Source: the human T2T-CHM13v2.0 reference genome, Homo sapiens | Strand: one strand, 5' to 3' | Assembly (NCBI RefSeq): GCF_009914755.1 | Contig: NC_060926.1 | DNA: 64,000 nt | In this document: in pieces, positions 14,419-33,739 of the stretch | Numbering within the stretch: the first letter of the stretch is position 1 | Layout: the number at the start of each line of letters is the position of its first letter | Translations under genes and position numbers: made by a program | The notes under the pieces: model-generated | Database searches by the model: none | What the model saw: the letters and a program-made list of their open reading frames with translations, nothing else | What the model was told of the DNA's origin: nothing

Positions 14419-14642
14419 GCACTTGTCAGCTTTTCTGATTATCAGATCTTTCAGGAGCTCATCAAAGGAAAAGAGGATGATTCTTTCCTTAGGAACTCTG
14501 TTTCTCAGATGTTAAGGATTGTAATGGAAGAGGGTTGTTTGACACAAAAACAGGTCCTTAACTACCTAGGTGAATGCTTCAGAGTAAAACTCAATGTTCC
14601 TGACTGGTACCCAAATGAGCAAGCTGCGGAGTTCCTGTTTAA
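14419..14642 (+). CDS. POLR1B: POLR1B exon 6 (224 nt; [14 protein letters not shown]...AEFLF)
   Basis: tctag| and |gtatgt; open frame. Confidence 0.94.
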
Positions 14643-15287
14643 GTATGTGTGCTTTGTCTAAACTGTTTTTGGAGGGGCGGAGGGCTGTCAGTGGTTCTTT
14701 GTATTGGTTGCAGTTTGGGCGGGCGAGTCATTTGGGAATGAGAATGAATCTTGGGGTAGAATCCTGGTCCTTGCTAGCCGGGGGCTACCTTTGTTTTTGC
14801 GGCCCTCCTCACTTGTATTTTTTTAGTAGTCGTGTTTTATTTTATAGTACTTTTTAACTTTTATTTTGAAATAATTTCAGACTTCCAGAATAATGTCCAA
14901 ATAGTACATTGGATTCTAATTGTGAACATTTCATTCATTTACATTTACTTTTTTACTTTCTGTGTACACAGATGTACATTTTTCTTTCTGTACAATCCCT
15001 GAAAGTTGCAGGGATTGTATCACTTTATTTCTCCAAAGCAAGGACTTTGTCTTATATAACCACTGTATAATTACTAAAGAAGCCAGCTCCATACTGGTGC
15101 TGTCCAGTGCATAGCCACCAGTCACATGATAAGCACTTCAAATGTGGCCAGTGTAGCTCAAAAACTGAATGCTTAATTTTATTTAATTAAAGTTAAGTAA
15201 GCATGAGTTGGGGATCTTGGTTAATAGAATATTAAGTAGTATTACCAACTGAATTGTTTTAAGCTTTTTTTTTTTCTGTTTTCACAG

Positions 15288-15459
15288 CCAGTGCATCTGT
15301 ATCCACTTGAAATCCAATACTGAAAAGTTTTATATGCTTTGTCTCATGACGCGAAAGCTCTTTGCTTTAGCCAAAGGAGAGTGCATGGAGGACAATCCTG
15401 ATAGTTTGGTGAACCAGGAAGTCCTCACACCGGGTCAGCTCTTCCTTATGTTCCTGAAG
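15288..15459 (+). CDS. POLR1B: POLR1B exon 7 (172 nt; QCICIHL...[23 protein letters not shown])
   Basis: cacag| and |gtaaat; frame continuous. Confidence 0.95.
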
Positions 15460-15729
15460 GTAAATGCATGCTATGTCCACCCTTGGCCAGTGGTACCACT
15501 TGTGGAATGGCGTGACTTTGTCCAGCAGCACTGTTTTCTGCATGTTTATAGTTTCTAGTTTTGGCATTTTGTGTGGTCTCTTTTTTGTTTGTTCATTTAG
15601 CAGTAAGGGGATCAGAAATCCTGGCTTACACCAGGTTTGGAAATTTGCTTAATATTTTTATGTAAAGATCACATCAAATCTTGGTCACAGTGTTAATGAT
15701 AAAAAGCAAATGGCCTGTATTTATACATA

Positions 15730-16525
<796 letters not shown>

Positions 16526-16528
16526 TAG

Positions 16529-18305
<1,777 letters not shown>

Positions 18306-20554
18306 AAGAAATGAGTCTTCTGTAGCAAGGCGTTACTAAGGTGACCTGTGTCAGCAACAAGAGAAACCAAGGGAAAATTGGGGCTTTTTCAGAGAATTCA
18401 TTGCCGAGTATCTGATTTCCTTACCAGCTACGTTAAAGCTTTTAAACCTTTGAGTTTGGAGCATAAAAACAATCTTCAGAAGATACATAACCATGACATA
18501 AGATGAATTATAGACTGTTAAAAATTCACATTGTATTTACATTGAAATAAGCAATATAAAATTGAAAAATAGCAACCATATTTTCTGTATTATTGTAGAT
18601 TAACCATAAAACACTTCAGTTAGCCTTTCTGGTTTTGATTTTAAACCCAAATAAGGAAGTAGACATAGTTATGAAAAAAAAGGGAGAAGAACACAAACAA
18701 ATCAGTTGTCAAGATCCAGGGCTTCTTATTCCATCTTGACTGTGAAGATGAAGTGTTCAGTGTACACCTGATAAAAACATTTATGACACAGGAAGATGTA
18801 GGCTCAAGAAAGGAATCTAAACAGCAACCAGCAGAGGTGGAGCAGTGATGCCAGGCTCTTCTACTCAAACTTGATTCTCTAGTTTCACTTGATAAAGTCC
18901 AAACCTACATTAATACCCTTGTTGGGTGAGCTAACAGCTTCCTTCACTCCCTGGTAATTCCCTTATCTGTACATTACAGATTTTTAGCAGTGTACTTACA
19001 AATCCTACTAGTGTGTAGTCAGTTGTGAGATTCATTGTAACATTTTATAAAATATATTCCTTCTTCCCACACCTCTCCAAAATTTATTCCTTCCAAGTAC
19101 TAAAAATTTAATATTACTGCACCACAGTGATATTAAATGCAGTGTCAGTGCCAGAGAATATGCAGAAATGAAATGTGTCACTTCCAGTGCTGTCTTCTGG
19201 AAGAATAGTTAGGTCTTCCAAGTGTGAGTGTTCAAACACTGATAGTTTGAAGAGGTGGATTATCAATAGTCAATGGCTAATGTGTTGACTCAGGGGCCTG
19301 CTGGAAAAGGTATACATGAGTGACCTATGTACATCTTCCACGTTTTCTTCCAAATATCAAATATAGGAGAGAACCTATCTCAAACATTCTCTTAGGTATT
19401 TTCAGTGGTTTCTGAACCACCCATAGAAAGCGCTGATGGTGTATAGTCTTTTTTTCTTTTATTTTTAGTTGACATGTAATAACTGTACATATTTATCGGG
19501 TATACAGTGATTTTTCCATATATGTCAATAATGTATAATGATCAAATCAGAGTAATTAACACATTCATCACCTCAAACATGTATCATTTTTTTGTGTTGT
19601 GAACATTCGAAATCCCCTCTTCTAGCTTTTTGAAAATACACAATAAGGCTGGGTGTGGTGGCTCACGCCTGTAATCCCAGCACTTTGGAAGCTGAGGCAA
19701 GAGGATTGCTTGAGCCCAGGAGTTTGAGACCAGCCTAGGCAACAAAGTGAGACCCCCATCTCTACAAAAAAAATTTAAAAATTAGCCAGGCATGGTGGCA
19801 CATACCTATGGTCCCACCTACTTAGGAGGTTAAGGCAGGAGAATCCCTTGAACCCAGGAGGTTGAGGCTGCAGTGAAAAAATATACAACAAATATAGTTA
19901 ACTGTATTCAGCCTACATTGCTGCAGAATACCAGAACTCATTCCTCCAGTCTAGCTGTAATTTTGGAATTGCAGGCTGCTTTAGGCTTTTCACTTAGTGT
20001 TGGCAGCATAGATTAAGATGGACTGTGTAGTTCGTGTGATTGGTTTTAGATGTATAACAAGTATAATGGGTGAAGGAGGGCATCACATTGAAGAGCTATC
20101 CTTTCTGCACCTGAAAAGCCCTCTTTCAGGTTTTTGGTTTTGATGTATGTTAGTAGATGTTTGTTAAAGATCGTACAGATTACATGGGAATAAATATGAA
20201 GTTTGTGATAATTGAAACACATACTATTTTATTTTATTGAGAATAGGGTCTTGCCCTGTTTCCCAGGCTGGAGTGCAGTGGCACAGTCATGGCTCACTGA
20301 AGCCTTAGGCTCCTGGACTCAAGCGATCCTTCCGCCTCAGCCTCCCAAGTAGCTGGAACTACAGGCATGCCCCACCCCCTCACCCCACCCCCTCTGGCTA
20401 ATTTTTTTGTAGACAGGGTTTTGTTTCACCATTTTGCCCAGTCTCATGTTGAACTCTTGGTCTCAAGCGATCCACCCAATCCTGGGATTATAGATGTGAG
20501 CCACCACACCTGGCTCACATACTATTTTATATTAATTTTTTTTCCTTATTTCAG

Positions 20555-20726
20555 GAAAAACTGGAAGGTTGGTTAGTGTCTATTAAAATAGCTTTTGATA
20601 AGAAGGCTCAGAAGACCAGTGTTTCCATGAACACTGACAATTTGATGAGGATTTTTACAATGGGCATAGACCTTACAAAACCATTTGAATACCTTTTTGC
20701 TACTGGGAATCTGCGTTCTAAAACAG
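20555..20726 (+). CDS. POLR1B: POLR1B exon 8 (172 nt; EKLEGWL...[10 protein letters not shown])
   Basis: ttcag| and |gtaaaa; ATGN motif. Confidence 0.95.
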
Positions 20727-21047
20727 GTAAAATTAAATCGATCGTTTTAGTTATGTTTTTCAAATTAGTTGCTTAGTGTAGATTTGCCTGTCCCTGAGAG
20801 TTCTTTTAAAAGCAAACCCCACGAAAAAAGTAAATTTCTCATAACTATGACTTCGACAACTATTGGTCTAAAGGGCTTTAGACAAGGTGTCTGTATAGCT
20901 AAAATTTAATTCAGATAACTGAATACATTTTCTCTGCTTCCTTCTAGAAAATGAAAGGCCACTTAGACCTCTGAGGAAGGCTTACCTAACAGGAACTCTA
21001 GATGGGTTGCTGTACATGCCCATCTCTAAACCATTTGCCTTGCCTCA

Positions 21048-21233
<186 letters not shown>

Positions 21234-21937
21234 TTAAAAAGTGGTAATTGGGAATTCAGAATTTTTTTTTTTTCTTTTTTGAGTCAGGGTCTCACTCTGT
21301 CACCCAGTCTAAAGTGCAGTGGCAGGATCATGGCTCACTGCAGCCTTGACTTCCCAGGCTCAGGTGATCCTCCGACGTCAGCCCCACGAGTAGCTGTGAC
21401 TACAGGCATAAGCCACCACACCTGGCTAATTTTTGTATTTTTTGTAGAGATGGGGTTTCGCTATGCTGCTGAGGCTGGTCTGGAACTCTTGAGCTCTGGT
21501 GAACCACCCACCTTGGCCTCCCAAAGTGCTGGGATTATAGCATGAACCACTGTGCCCCGCCTTTTTTTTTTTTTTTTTAAACCCATGTTACTGTTGCCGA
21601 TTCTTTCATTAGCCTGCTTTCTTGCTTGTCTATTATCTGACTCTCTCAGATGAATTTAACTACTTGCTATTTTATTAACTCATTTAATGTTCACCCACAA
21701 AGGAGGTCATAGAGGAGACAGGGAACTAGTTGGGGCTAATACAGTTTGTGAAATCTGGGGATTATTTTACATATTTTTTTGTGAACTCTTTACACTCATC
21801 AGAGCTAGGAGAATAAATGTTGTAATAATTCATTCTATGATCTGTAGAGTGCTCTGAGGTTTTGTCGTCATAAAGCCTCAACAATTTCCATTTTTCAAAA
21901 GATTGGCCCATTTTTGAATGACTTTTGTTTTATTAAG

Positions 21938-22219
21938 GTCTTGGCCTCCTACAAGATTCTGGACTTTGTGTTGTGGCTGACAAGCTGAACTTCATACGCT
22001 ACCTCTCCCATTTCCGCTGCGTGCACAGAGGGGCTGATTTTGCCAAGATGAGGACCACCACAGTACGCAGGCTGCTGCCAGAGTCCTGGGGCTTCCTTTG
22101 TCCCGTGCATACCCCAGACGGGGAGCCCTGTGGCCTGATGAACCACCTAACTGCCGTATGTGAGGTTGTCACACAGTTTGTGTATACGGCATCTATTCCA
22201 GCTTTACTGTGCAACTTGG
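21938..22219 (+). CDS. POLR1B: POLR1B exon 9 (282 nt; LGLLQDSG...[21 protein letters not shown]...)
   Basis: ttaag| and |gtatgt; fork-loop motif CPV.TP.G..CGL. Confidence 0.97.
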
Positions 22220-22240
22220 GTATGTAGTGTACAGTGATAA

Positions 22241-22480
<240 letters not shown>

Positions 22481-24128
22481 TAGCCAGGATGGTCTCGATC
22501 TCCTGACCTCGTGATGTGCCTGCCTCGGCCTCCCAAAGTGCTGGGATTACAGTTGTGAGCCACCGCGCCCGGCCAAGGTTACGTGGTTTTTAACCTGTTA
22601 AGTTGTGCTGCTTTTGGAGATTCAGCAGAGATTTTCTGTAAGAATTCTTTTTTACTCTTCTGTGCAGGAGTTGGGCTGCTTTCTTGGCTCCTCTGTAGAA
22701 GGCCGAATGCATTCTTTGAAAGTGAAAACAGGAGAAACTAAGTGTTATAGGTACTTTGTTTTCTTTGGGAAAAAAAAAAAGATAATGGAAGTGAGGATCG
22801 CTTGAGCCCAGGGATTTGAGGCTGCAGTGAGCTGTGATTGTGCCGCTGCTGCACTTTAGACTGGGTGAGAAAGTGAGATCCTATCTCCAAAATGAAAAAT
22901 AAATGAATAAGAATGATGCCAAAGCATTCGAAATAGACTAGTCATTAATATTGGAAGTATAGAAGCTATTGAGTAGTTTTTTGGGTCATTTCTTTTTGCA
23001 TCTCTTGGCGGATCTTTGCATTTCTAAATAGAAAACAGTGTTGGTTTGCAGGAGGACAGTTTAAAAGGAGGTTTCCCAGTCTACCCTGATATCATCAGAT
23101 ATATAACCTTTTTTCCTGATAACCTTAAAGCTGCTGTCTCTGTCTCTGCTTGGCTTGATACTTGGTTTGAATTTACTTTCATACCTAAAGATGTCAGCCT
23201 TCTCTGCAGTCTTCTAGTCCCAGGGTTCTCCATTTATGATTTGGAGACAGAAATGTTCTGTCTTTGGTGGTCTGTGGACAGGGTCCTCAGTGGGATTAAT
23301 ATGTGTACAGTAAAACTTCCAGTTCATGGGGATCAGATGATAAGTGTTCTCAGGCAACTAGAAGGGCATTGACTCAAGAAAGTTCTGCTTAAAAGTACTT
23401 CTCCCAATTAGAGTGGCCTGGCCGGGCGTGGTGGCCCATGCCTGTAATCCCAGCACTTTGGGAAGCCGAGGTGTGCAGATGACTTGCGGTCAGGAGTTTA
23501 AGACCAACCTGGCCAACATGGTGAAACCCCATCTCTACTAAATATACACACACAAAAAAATTAGCTGGGTGTGGTGGCATGTGCCTGTGGTCCCAGCTAC
23601 TCAGGAAGCTGAGGCAGTAGAATCACTTGAATCCAGGAGGTGGAGGTTGCAGGGAACCAAGATTGCACCACTGCACTCCAGCCTGGGTGACAGAGTGAGA
23701 CTCCATCTAAAAAAAAAAAGAGAGAGAGAGTGGCCTGTAAGAAGAGGGCCCTACAGAAAGTAATCAAGAAATACTCAAGATTCAGAAGATGTAATCAGCG
23801 TAATTTGAAGGTTTATCCTCTACGAGGAAAAGAATTTTGTTACTCGTGATTCAAAATGTCAAAGTCCAGGAGAGGGTAGAAAGGAGAAAAGAGAAAGTGG
23901 AGAGGTAGAAAGTATATCCAACTGCAGAAAAAGAGATGGGGAAGGGTTTTTTGCTCTAGCACTGGAGAAGAAGACAGAATCGCTACCTAACTTTCGATAG
24001 AGATGTTCATATTGTGGTGACAGATGAAACACGAGGCAGGTAACTTCTGACACTCTAACAAACACTTGATGTCTTCAGAATGTATTTATGGTTCATGGAA
24101 GAGTGTTCTTTTTTTTTTTACTTAATTT

Positions 24129-24910
24129 CAGTTGATTCTCATTATTTGTAGTACTCATCTTTAAAGTTACCAGTGAATATTGAACCATTGTGCCTAGGGG
24201 AAATACAGGGTAAGGTTCCTTCAAGCCTCGGGTTACAACATTTTTGTTAGCTGATCAATATGTAGCCTTGTTTTTTGTGTGTTTCTGTTGAAAGACACCC
24301 TTTAAAAATATATATTGTTCACGTGGTAACATTGAATTCTCAGCCAACAGCAGTGTAATTATAGGCTTATCTAACACACATGTTTTTCTGTTAGGCACAT
24401 CACACCTTTTTGCATTTATGAACACTAGGCAGCACTTCAGTGCTGCACTCGGAGGCAATTTGTTTTTTCTGTTTGTTTGTTTGTTTGTTTGTTTTGTAGA
24501 GATGGGGTCTTGCTATGTTATCCAGGCTGGTCTCGAACTCCTGGCCTCAAGCATTCCTTCTGCCTTGGCCTCCCAAAGTGCTGGGATTGCAGGTGTGAGC
24601 CACCATGCGAAGCCTGGAAGCTGTTATTTAAACAGCTTCCAACAAAAAATCACACCAACAAAAAGCACAAAAATGCTGAAAACGTGCCAGTGAACAGACT
24701 GGGCAAGGGGCACTTGTTTATAGTATGAGCTGACAAGAAGGCATGGCATCGTCTTGTTTGACTTCAGCTGCGGGGAGCATCTGCATCGGGGGACTCAAAG
24801 TTTTTTGCTGCATGTTCTGAAATGACTTTGAAAGCATCCCCAGTATTAATTTTGTGGTTACAGAGATAATGTAGCAAGTAGGCAAATGTGCACATAATGA
24901 GGATTAACTG
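24129..24910 (+). mobile_element. MER82-like Tigger element, copy 3 (opposite orientation), with an Alu monomer inserted
   Basis: cagttgattctcattatttgtagta...tgaaccattgtgcctaggggaaatacagggtaaggttcct...ataatgaggattaactg|ta. Confidence 0.65.
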
Positions 24911-25081
24911 TAATTACATTTTGGGGGTTAATGCATTTAATGCATTTAGGTGGCTTAGAAATAAAAATATTAAGACATACAGTGAAATGCTCCCTCCCAT
25001 AGGCCCCTGTCCCCTTGCTACTTCTTTCCTGTGTGTCCTTGCTGAAGCAATTTAAACTTCCACAAGCAATACAAAAGCCTT

Positions 25082-26879
<1,798 letters not shown>

Positions 26880-27008
26880 TACCTGTTTTAGAGACAAGGA
26901 TAATTTGATATCTGAACTGATACAGCAGCTGTTGACCCCATCTGGAGGGAATCTGGAATGTTGGACGAAGCATTCTGATGTGATTGTGCTGTTTGTTTCC
27001 TTTACCAG

Positions 27009-27142
27009 GGGTCACTCCCATTGATGGAGCTCCCCACCGATCATACAGTGAGTGCTACCCTGTCCTGCTGGACGGTGTCATGGTTGGCTGGGTGGATAAG
27101 GATCTTGCTCCAGGCATCGCAGATTCTCTTCGTCATTTTAAG
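27009..27142 (+). CDS. POLR1B: POLR1B exon 10 (134 nt; VTPIDG...[11 protein letters not shown]...RHFK)
   Basis: accag| and |gtgggc; frame continuous. Confidence 0.94.
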
Positions 27143-28369
27143 GTGGGCTTGAGGCTTTGTGAATTGTCCTATCCCTTGACCTTAGGTTTTTCAGTTCCTT
27201 TCTAGTTTTGGGGTTAACCCCTGGGCGGTCTAGAGTGATCAAGTGGTCAGGGGGTCACAATGTCCAGAATGCCTGTGCATTCCCTCTGGTGACAGAGGCT
27301 TGCCTTATACTGGCCTCATTGGTTGGGGTCAGTGACAGATATTTGACCCATATACATTCTTTGGCAGTTTCATTGAGGCACCTCAGTCTGCTTATCTAAC
27401 TAATTTTAACTGTTTTCCCCCTTCTTAATACTAGTGGCATAGAAGGGATCTCAAAATACAGATATTTCAGTAATATTCAAAATATGCAAGGTAGAAGTTA
27501 TACCCCATTGCCTCCTAGGTTTTGAAAATATATTTTTAAAAAGTAGAATGACATTCTTTGAATAACTTACCTTTGGGATTTCCTCCTAGTGAAGAGTATT
27601 TGTTGCTTTGATAATGGCCATTGAAAGAATTATCCTTTGGCAACAGGCTGTTTGTGGTTTATATTCTGTTCTGTGTTTTTATTTTTAAAAAATGTTTAAA
27701 CTAAATTTTAGTTTTCGTTTAAGTGCTGTATCGGACACTTGGGTTGTTTCTACCTTTTGGTCATTGCAAATAATGCTGCTATGAACATGAGTGTACAAAT
27801 ATCTATTTAAGTCCTTGTGCTTTTAATTCTTTAATTCTTATATTCCTATAAGTGGAATTGTGGCTCATTTGATATAATTTTACACTTAGAGCAAAGATGT
27901 TTAATCAGTACATGGGACCCCCCTGTATACACATTACCCAAATCCACCAGTTGCTATGCTTTGCCCTACATCCTTTATCTTCTGTATACTCAATTTTTTT
28001 CTTTTGAACCATTTGAGAGCAGTATTGAGACATTGTCTCATTTTCCATAAAGATTTTAGTGTACTTTTTCTAAGAACAAGGACTTTCTCTTCAATAACCA
28101 CAGTACATTTATGAAAATCAGAGAAGGTCATGTGGGTGGGATCCATAGTTGATACTCAGATTCCACCAGCTGTCTCAGTAATGCTCTCTTTTTTTTCTTT
28201 TCTTTTCTTTTTTTTTTTAGAGAGACGGGTCTCACTCTGTTGCCCAGGCTGGGGTGCAGTGGCACAATCACAGCTCACTGCAGCCTTAGTGTCCCAGGCT
28301 TAAGTGATCCTCCCACCTCAGCTTGCCAAGCAGCCTGACCACAGGACTGTACCACTGTGCCCGGCTACC

Positions 28370-28580
28370 CTGACCCAGTCCTTTGGGTTGTTATGGAGGC
28401 TTTATTACATAGGATGACTGATGGAATCATTGGCCACTGGGGATTAGCTTAACCTCCAGCCCCTATCCCCTTCCTGGAGGTTGAGGGTGGGGGTGAAAGT
28501 CCCAATCCTCTAATCCTGGCTTGGTCTTTCTGGTGACCAGCCCCATCCTGAAGCCACCTAGATGCTGCCAACCACCAGTC
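28370..28580. mobile_element. MER21-like LTR fragment
   Basis: gggttgttatggaggctttattacatagg...gaaagtcccaatcctctaatc...ggtgaccagccccatcctgaagc. Confidence 0.55.
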
Positions 28581-29348
28581 TTTTATTTTTATTTTTTTGA
28601 GTCAGAGTCTTGTGCCTCAGCCTCCTGAGTAGCTGAGACTACAGGTGTGTACCACCACGCCCGGCTAATTTTTTTTATTTTTAGTAGAGGTGGGGTTTCA
28701 CCATTTGGGTCAGTCTGGTCTCCTGACCTTAACTGATCCACCCGCCTTGGCCTCCCGAAGTGCTGGGAATCACAGCTCTCCTGTAATTTAGGTTTATGTT
28801 TTGCTTCCTCATGATGAGATTCAAGATATTTCAGGAAGCACATGACGTTGGTTTGTCCTGTTACGACTCATGTTAACTGATCCCTTCAAAGTTGTGTTCT
28901 TTAGGTTAATTCACTGTACAGTTTCTGTTTTTCTCTGTAATAAGTAACTTGTGGAGAGATAGTTGAAAGCTATGTGGAGCCCTCTTTCTTCATATTTTCA
29001 CCCACTAGTTGATGGATTATTAGCTGAATTACTATTCCATTGGTGGTTCTTTGCTGAGTTAATATTACTGTGATGGTTACCACATGGTGTTTTCCCCCAC
29101 CAGCATTTTTTCTATGTTTATTAGTTGCTATTCTGTAAGGGAGGGCTTTCTTTTCTATTAGTTGTTCATTTATTTATGTTAGCGTAGATTTATAGATGCT
29201 TGTTTAATTTTGTGAATATTCTGTTACTACTTATTTTGATGCTCAGAAAGTGTATGAGATTTGATCTAGTGTACAGTTGAGGGTTTTAAGTACATTCATG
29301 TTGTGGAGTCATCACCATCTTCAGAACTTTCTCATCATCACAAATTGA

Positions 29349-29709
<361 letters not shown>

Positions 29710-29929
29710 TGAGGACACTTAAGATCTGCTCTCTTAGTAAATTTCAAGCATGCAATATAGTATTCTTAACTATAGTCACATGCTGTACATGAGATCTCCA
29801 GAAACTTAATTTTGTTGCATAACTGAAGCTTTATACTCTTTGACCAACATCTCCCCGTGTCCCCCTCCACCAAACATTCTCTCATTTTTAATGATAATGC
29901 ATCTAGCTGTGAATCCCCATGAGTTCTGA

Positions 29930-30194
<265 letters not shown>

Positions 30195-30609
30195 TAATTT
30201 TTGTAGAGACGGGGTTTCATCATGTTGCCCAGGCTGGTCTTGAACCTCTGGGCTCAAGTGATCCACCCACTTTGGCCTCCTAAAGTGCTGGGATTACAGG
30301 TATAAGCCACCCCCGGCCCACCCATGAGTTTTTGGTTTATTAAATTTACAAATAAAACCAGTAATCTACTGTATTTTAGATCACAGAGGACAGAATTTCC
30401 TTTAGTGTATCGACACGTGCATTCATGGTGTGCTTTATCCTTAGCCTCAGTAGTTAGTGATTTGCCTACTAGCTGGGGTGAGCACCCAAGGAAGTAGGGC
30501 TTTTACCATGGCTGAGTGTGGATGAGTGGTATTCCATGGGGCATAAGACTGGCAGCGACAGCCATGGCCTTGGGACAGGTTTGTTAAACTCTGTTTTTGT
30601 TAAAAACAG

Positions 30610-30780
30610 GTGTTGAGAGAGAAAAGAATTCCTCCCTGGATGGAAGTGGTCCTTATACCCATGACAGGAAAACCAAGTCTGTACCCAGGATTGTTCCTTT
30701 TTACCACTCCTTGTAGACTGGTACGGCCTGTGCAGAACTTAGCATTGGGCAAAGAAGAGCTAATTGGAACTATGGAACAG
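30610..30780 (+). CDS. POLR1B: POLR1B exon 11 (171 nt; [13 protein letters not shown]...IGTMEQ)
   Basis: aacag| and |gtaaat; RLVRPV motif. Confidence 0.94.
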
Positions 30781-31388
30781 GTAAATACATATGTGTGATG
30801 GATGAGTGTATGTGCTTGTTTGTATAGTATACAACTTTCAGAGACTTAACTCTTCCTTTTTTAAAAGGGTTGTTAATGTTACAACAACAGTTGGACATTT
30901 GAAAGAAAGTCAGACTTTCCACCTCCTCTATGATCAGCACAGAGCAATTTCCATGTCTGATCTCACTCCACAGAACCTGAGAGAGGGCTGGTGGTCACAT
31001 TACCTGCCTCCCATCTTATCTAGCTCCCAGAACTCCTTTGTACCTGGCTCTGCCTCAGCCGTGAAGTGAAAACATTCCATTAGATTCACACTCAGTCTTT
31101 GCCTACATATTTACAGTTGCAAAATTATAGGCTTTGTGCTACTTAAAAATTTTTCTTCCTATTCCCCTTCACAATTGGTCTGGGGTAGTTTTAGAGTGAG
31201 ATACGTAAAGCAAGTGGTATTTCTAACTGGTCGCTTCCCTGTGCTTCCCAGTTGATCCCTTCAGCACTCATGATGCTGGGTGGGGATGGTTTTCTCTTGA
31301 GTCTTTGAGTACTGAACTCTGAGAAATGGTAAGAGTAAATGTGTAAGCAGTTGCAGTTATTTTGTGCCTTGGACATCTGCTCTTCCAG

Positions 31389-31545
31389 ATCTTCATGAAT
31401 GTCGCTATCTTTGAGGATGAAGTTTTTGCTGGAGTTACCACACACCAGGAACTCTTTCCACACAGCCTGCTGAGTGTGATTGCCAACTTCATCCCTTTCT
31501 CTGATCACAACCAGAGTCCACGGAACATGTACCAATGCCAGATGG
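31389..31545 (+). CDS. POLR1B: POLR1B exon 12 (157 nt; IFMNVA...[18 protein letters not shown])
   Basis: tccag| and |gtaagg; [12 protein letters not shown] motif. Confidence 0.97.
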
Positions 31546-32197
31546 GTAAGGAAGAGGGATGATGTTATAGTCACAATCAGGAAAGTAAACTTGATACTAG
31601 CACACTCTTTTATTGTCCTTATTTACATATGCTGACCATTTGTTCCAAAAATACAGTTTATGGCAAGTTTTTCTTTTTTCTGTGCCACAAGCAACCAGCC
31701 CAGGATCACTCATTGTATTTAGTTGGCATGTCTATTTAGTTTCCTGTAATTTATGACAGATCTTTAAACATTCTTTGTCTTTGACATTGACATTTTTGAA
31801 GAAAAAGGTATAGAATGTCCATAGATTTGGGTGTGCCTGAGGTCTTATTATTTGATTTTTTGAAGAATACAAGCAATTATAGTCACCCGCATATTTATCA
31901 CTTCCAGTCCTCTTCATTCCTGCTGCAAGATTCAAGTTTTCATTGTATACAATTTTCCTTCAGCCTGATAATCTTCCTTTAGCATTTTTTTATAGTGCAG
32001 GTTGCTGGCCACAAATTCTCTTTGTTTTCATTTATCTGAAAATGTCTTTATTTTGCTTCACTTGAAGGAATCTTTCACTGGATATACAATTCTGAGTTGA
32101 CAGTTATTTTTCTTCCAACACTTAAAAGTTGTTGTTACACTGTCTCTTCTTAGTCTCTGTCATTTCTAGTTAGAAGGCAGCAGTCTTCTGAATATAG

Positions 32198-32482
<285 letters not shown>

Positions 32483-33062
32483 TGAGCCACTGCGCCCGGC
32501 CTCAAATTTTGTTTTTTTTCAGTTTAATTAAATTGCTAAACTCTTCTGTCATTATTTTTAAAAACATTGCTCCTATCCTTTTCTCTCTTTCCTCCTCTTC
32601 TATCAGTTATTCATATATTTAAACCTTTTGATATTGTTCCATAAGACATTGAGTTTCTGTTCTCTTTTTTCTTTATTTTCTTCAGATTGGATCTTTTTTT
32701 TTTTTTCCCGAGATGGAGTCTCACTTTGTTGCCCAGACTGGAGTGCAGTGGTACAATCTCGGCTCACTGCAACCTCTGCCTCCCATGTTCAATAAATTCT
32801 CCTGCCTCAGCCTCCTGAGGAGCTGGGATTACAGGCACACACCACCATGCCCAGCTAATTTTTGTGTTTTAGTAGAGATACGGTTTCACCATGTTGGCCT
32901 GGCTGGTCTCAAACTCCTGACCTGAAGTGATCTGCCTGCCTCAGCCTCCCAAAATGCTGGGGTTACAGGTGTGAGCCACTGCACCTGGCCCAGATTGGAT
33001 TATTTTTATTGACCTATTATCACAGTCACTTTTTATTCTGTCTTCTACTGAATTTTTGCTTA

Positions 33063-33551
<489 letters not shown>

Positions 33552-33586
33552 TGAGATTACAGGCATGTGCCACCATGCCCAGCTAA

Positions 33587-33739
<153 letters not shown>

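Noticed and set aside
18700-18745. GTCAAGAT...ATCTTGAC inverted repeat as a possible miRNA or snoRNA hairpin
   Set aside because: Stem of only about 8 bp, expected by chance; no box motifs in the right places
23760-24045. Purine-rich, coding-looking stretch ending in CAG|GTAACT
   Set aside because: No clear acceptor, in-frame stop, no homology recognised; may be an ancient CR1/L3 remnant
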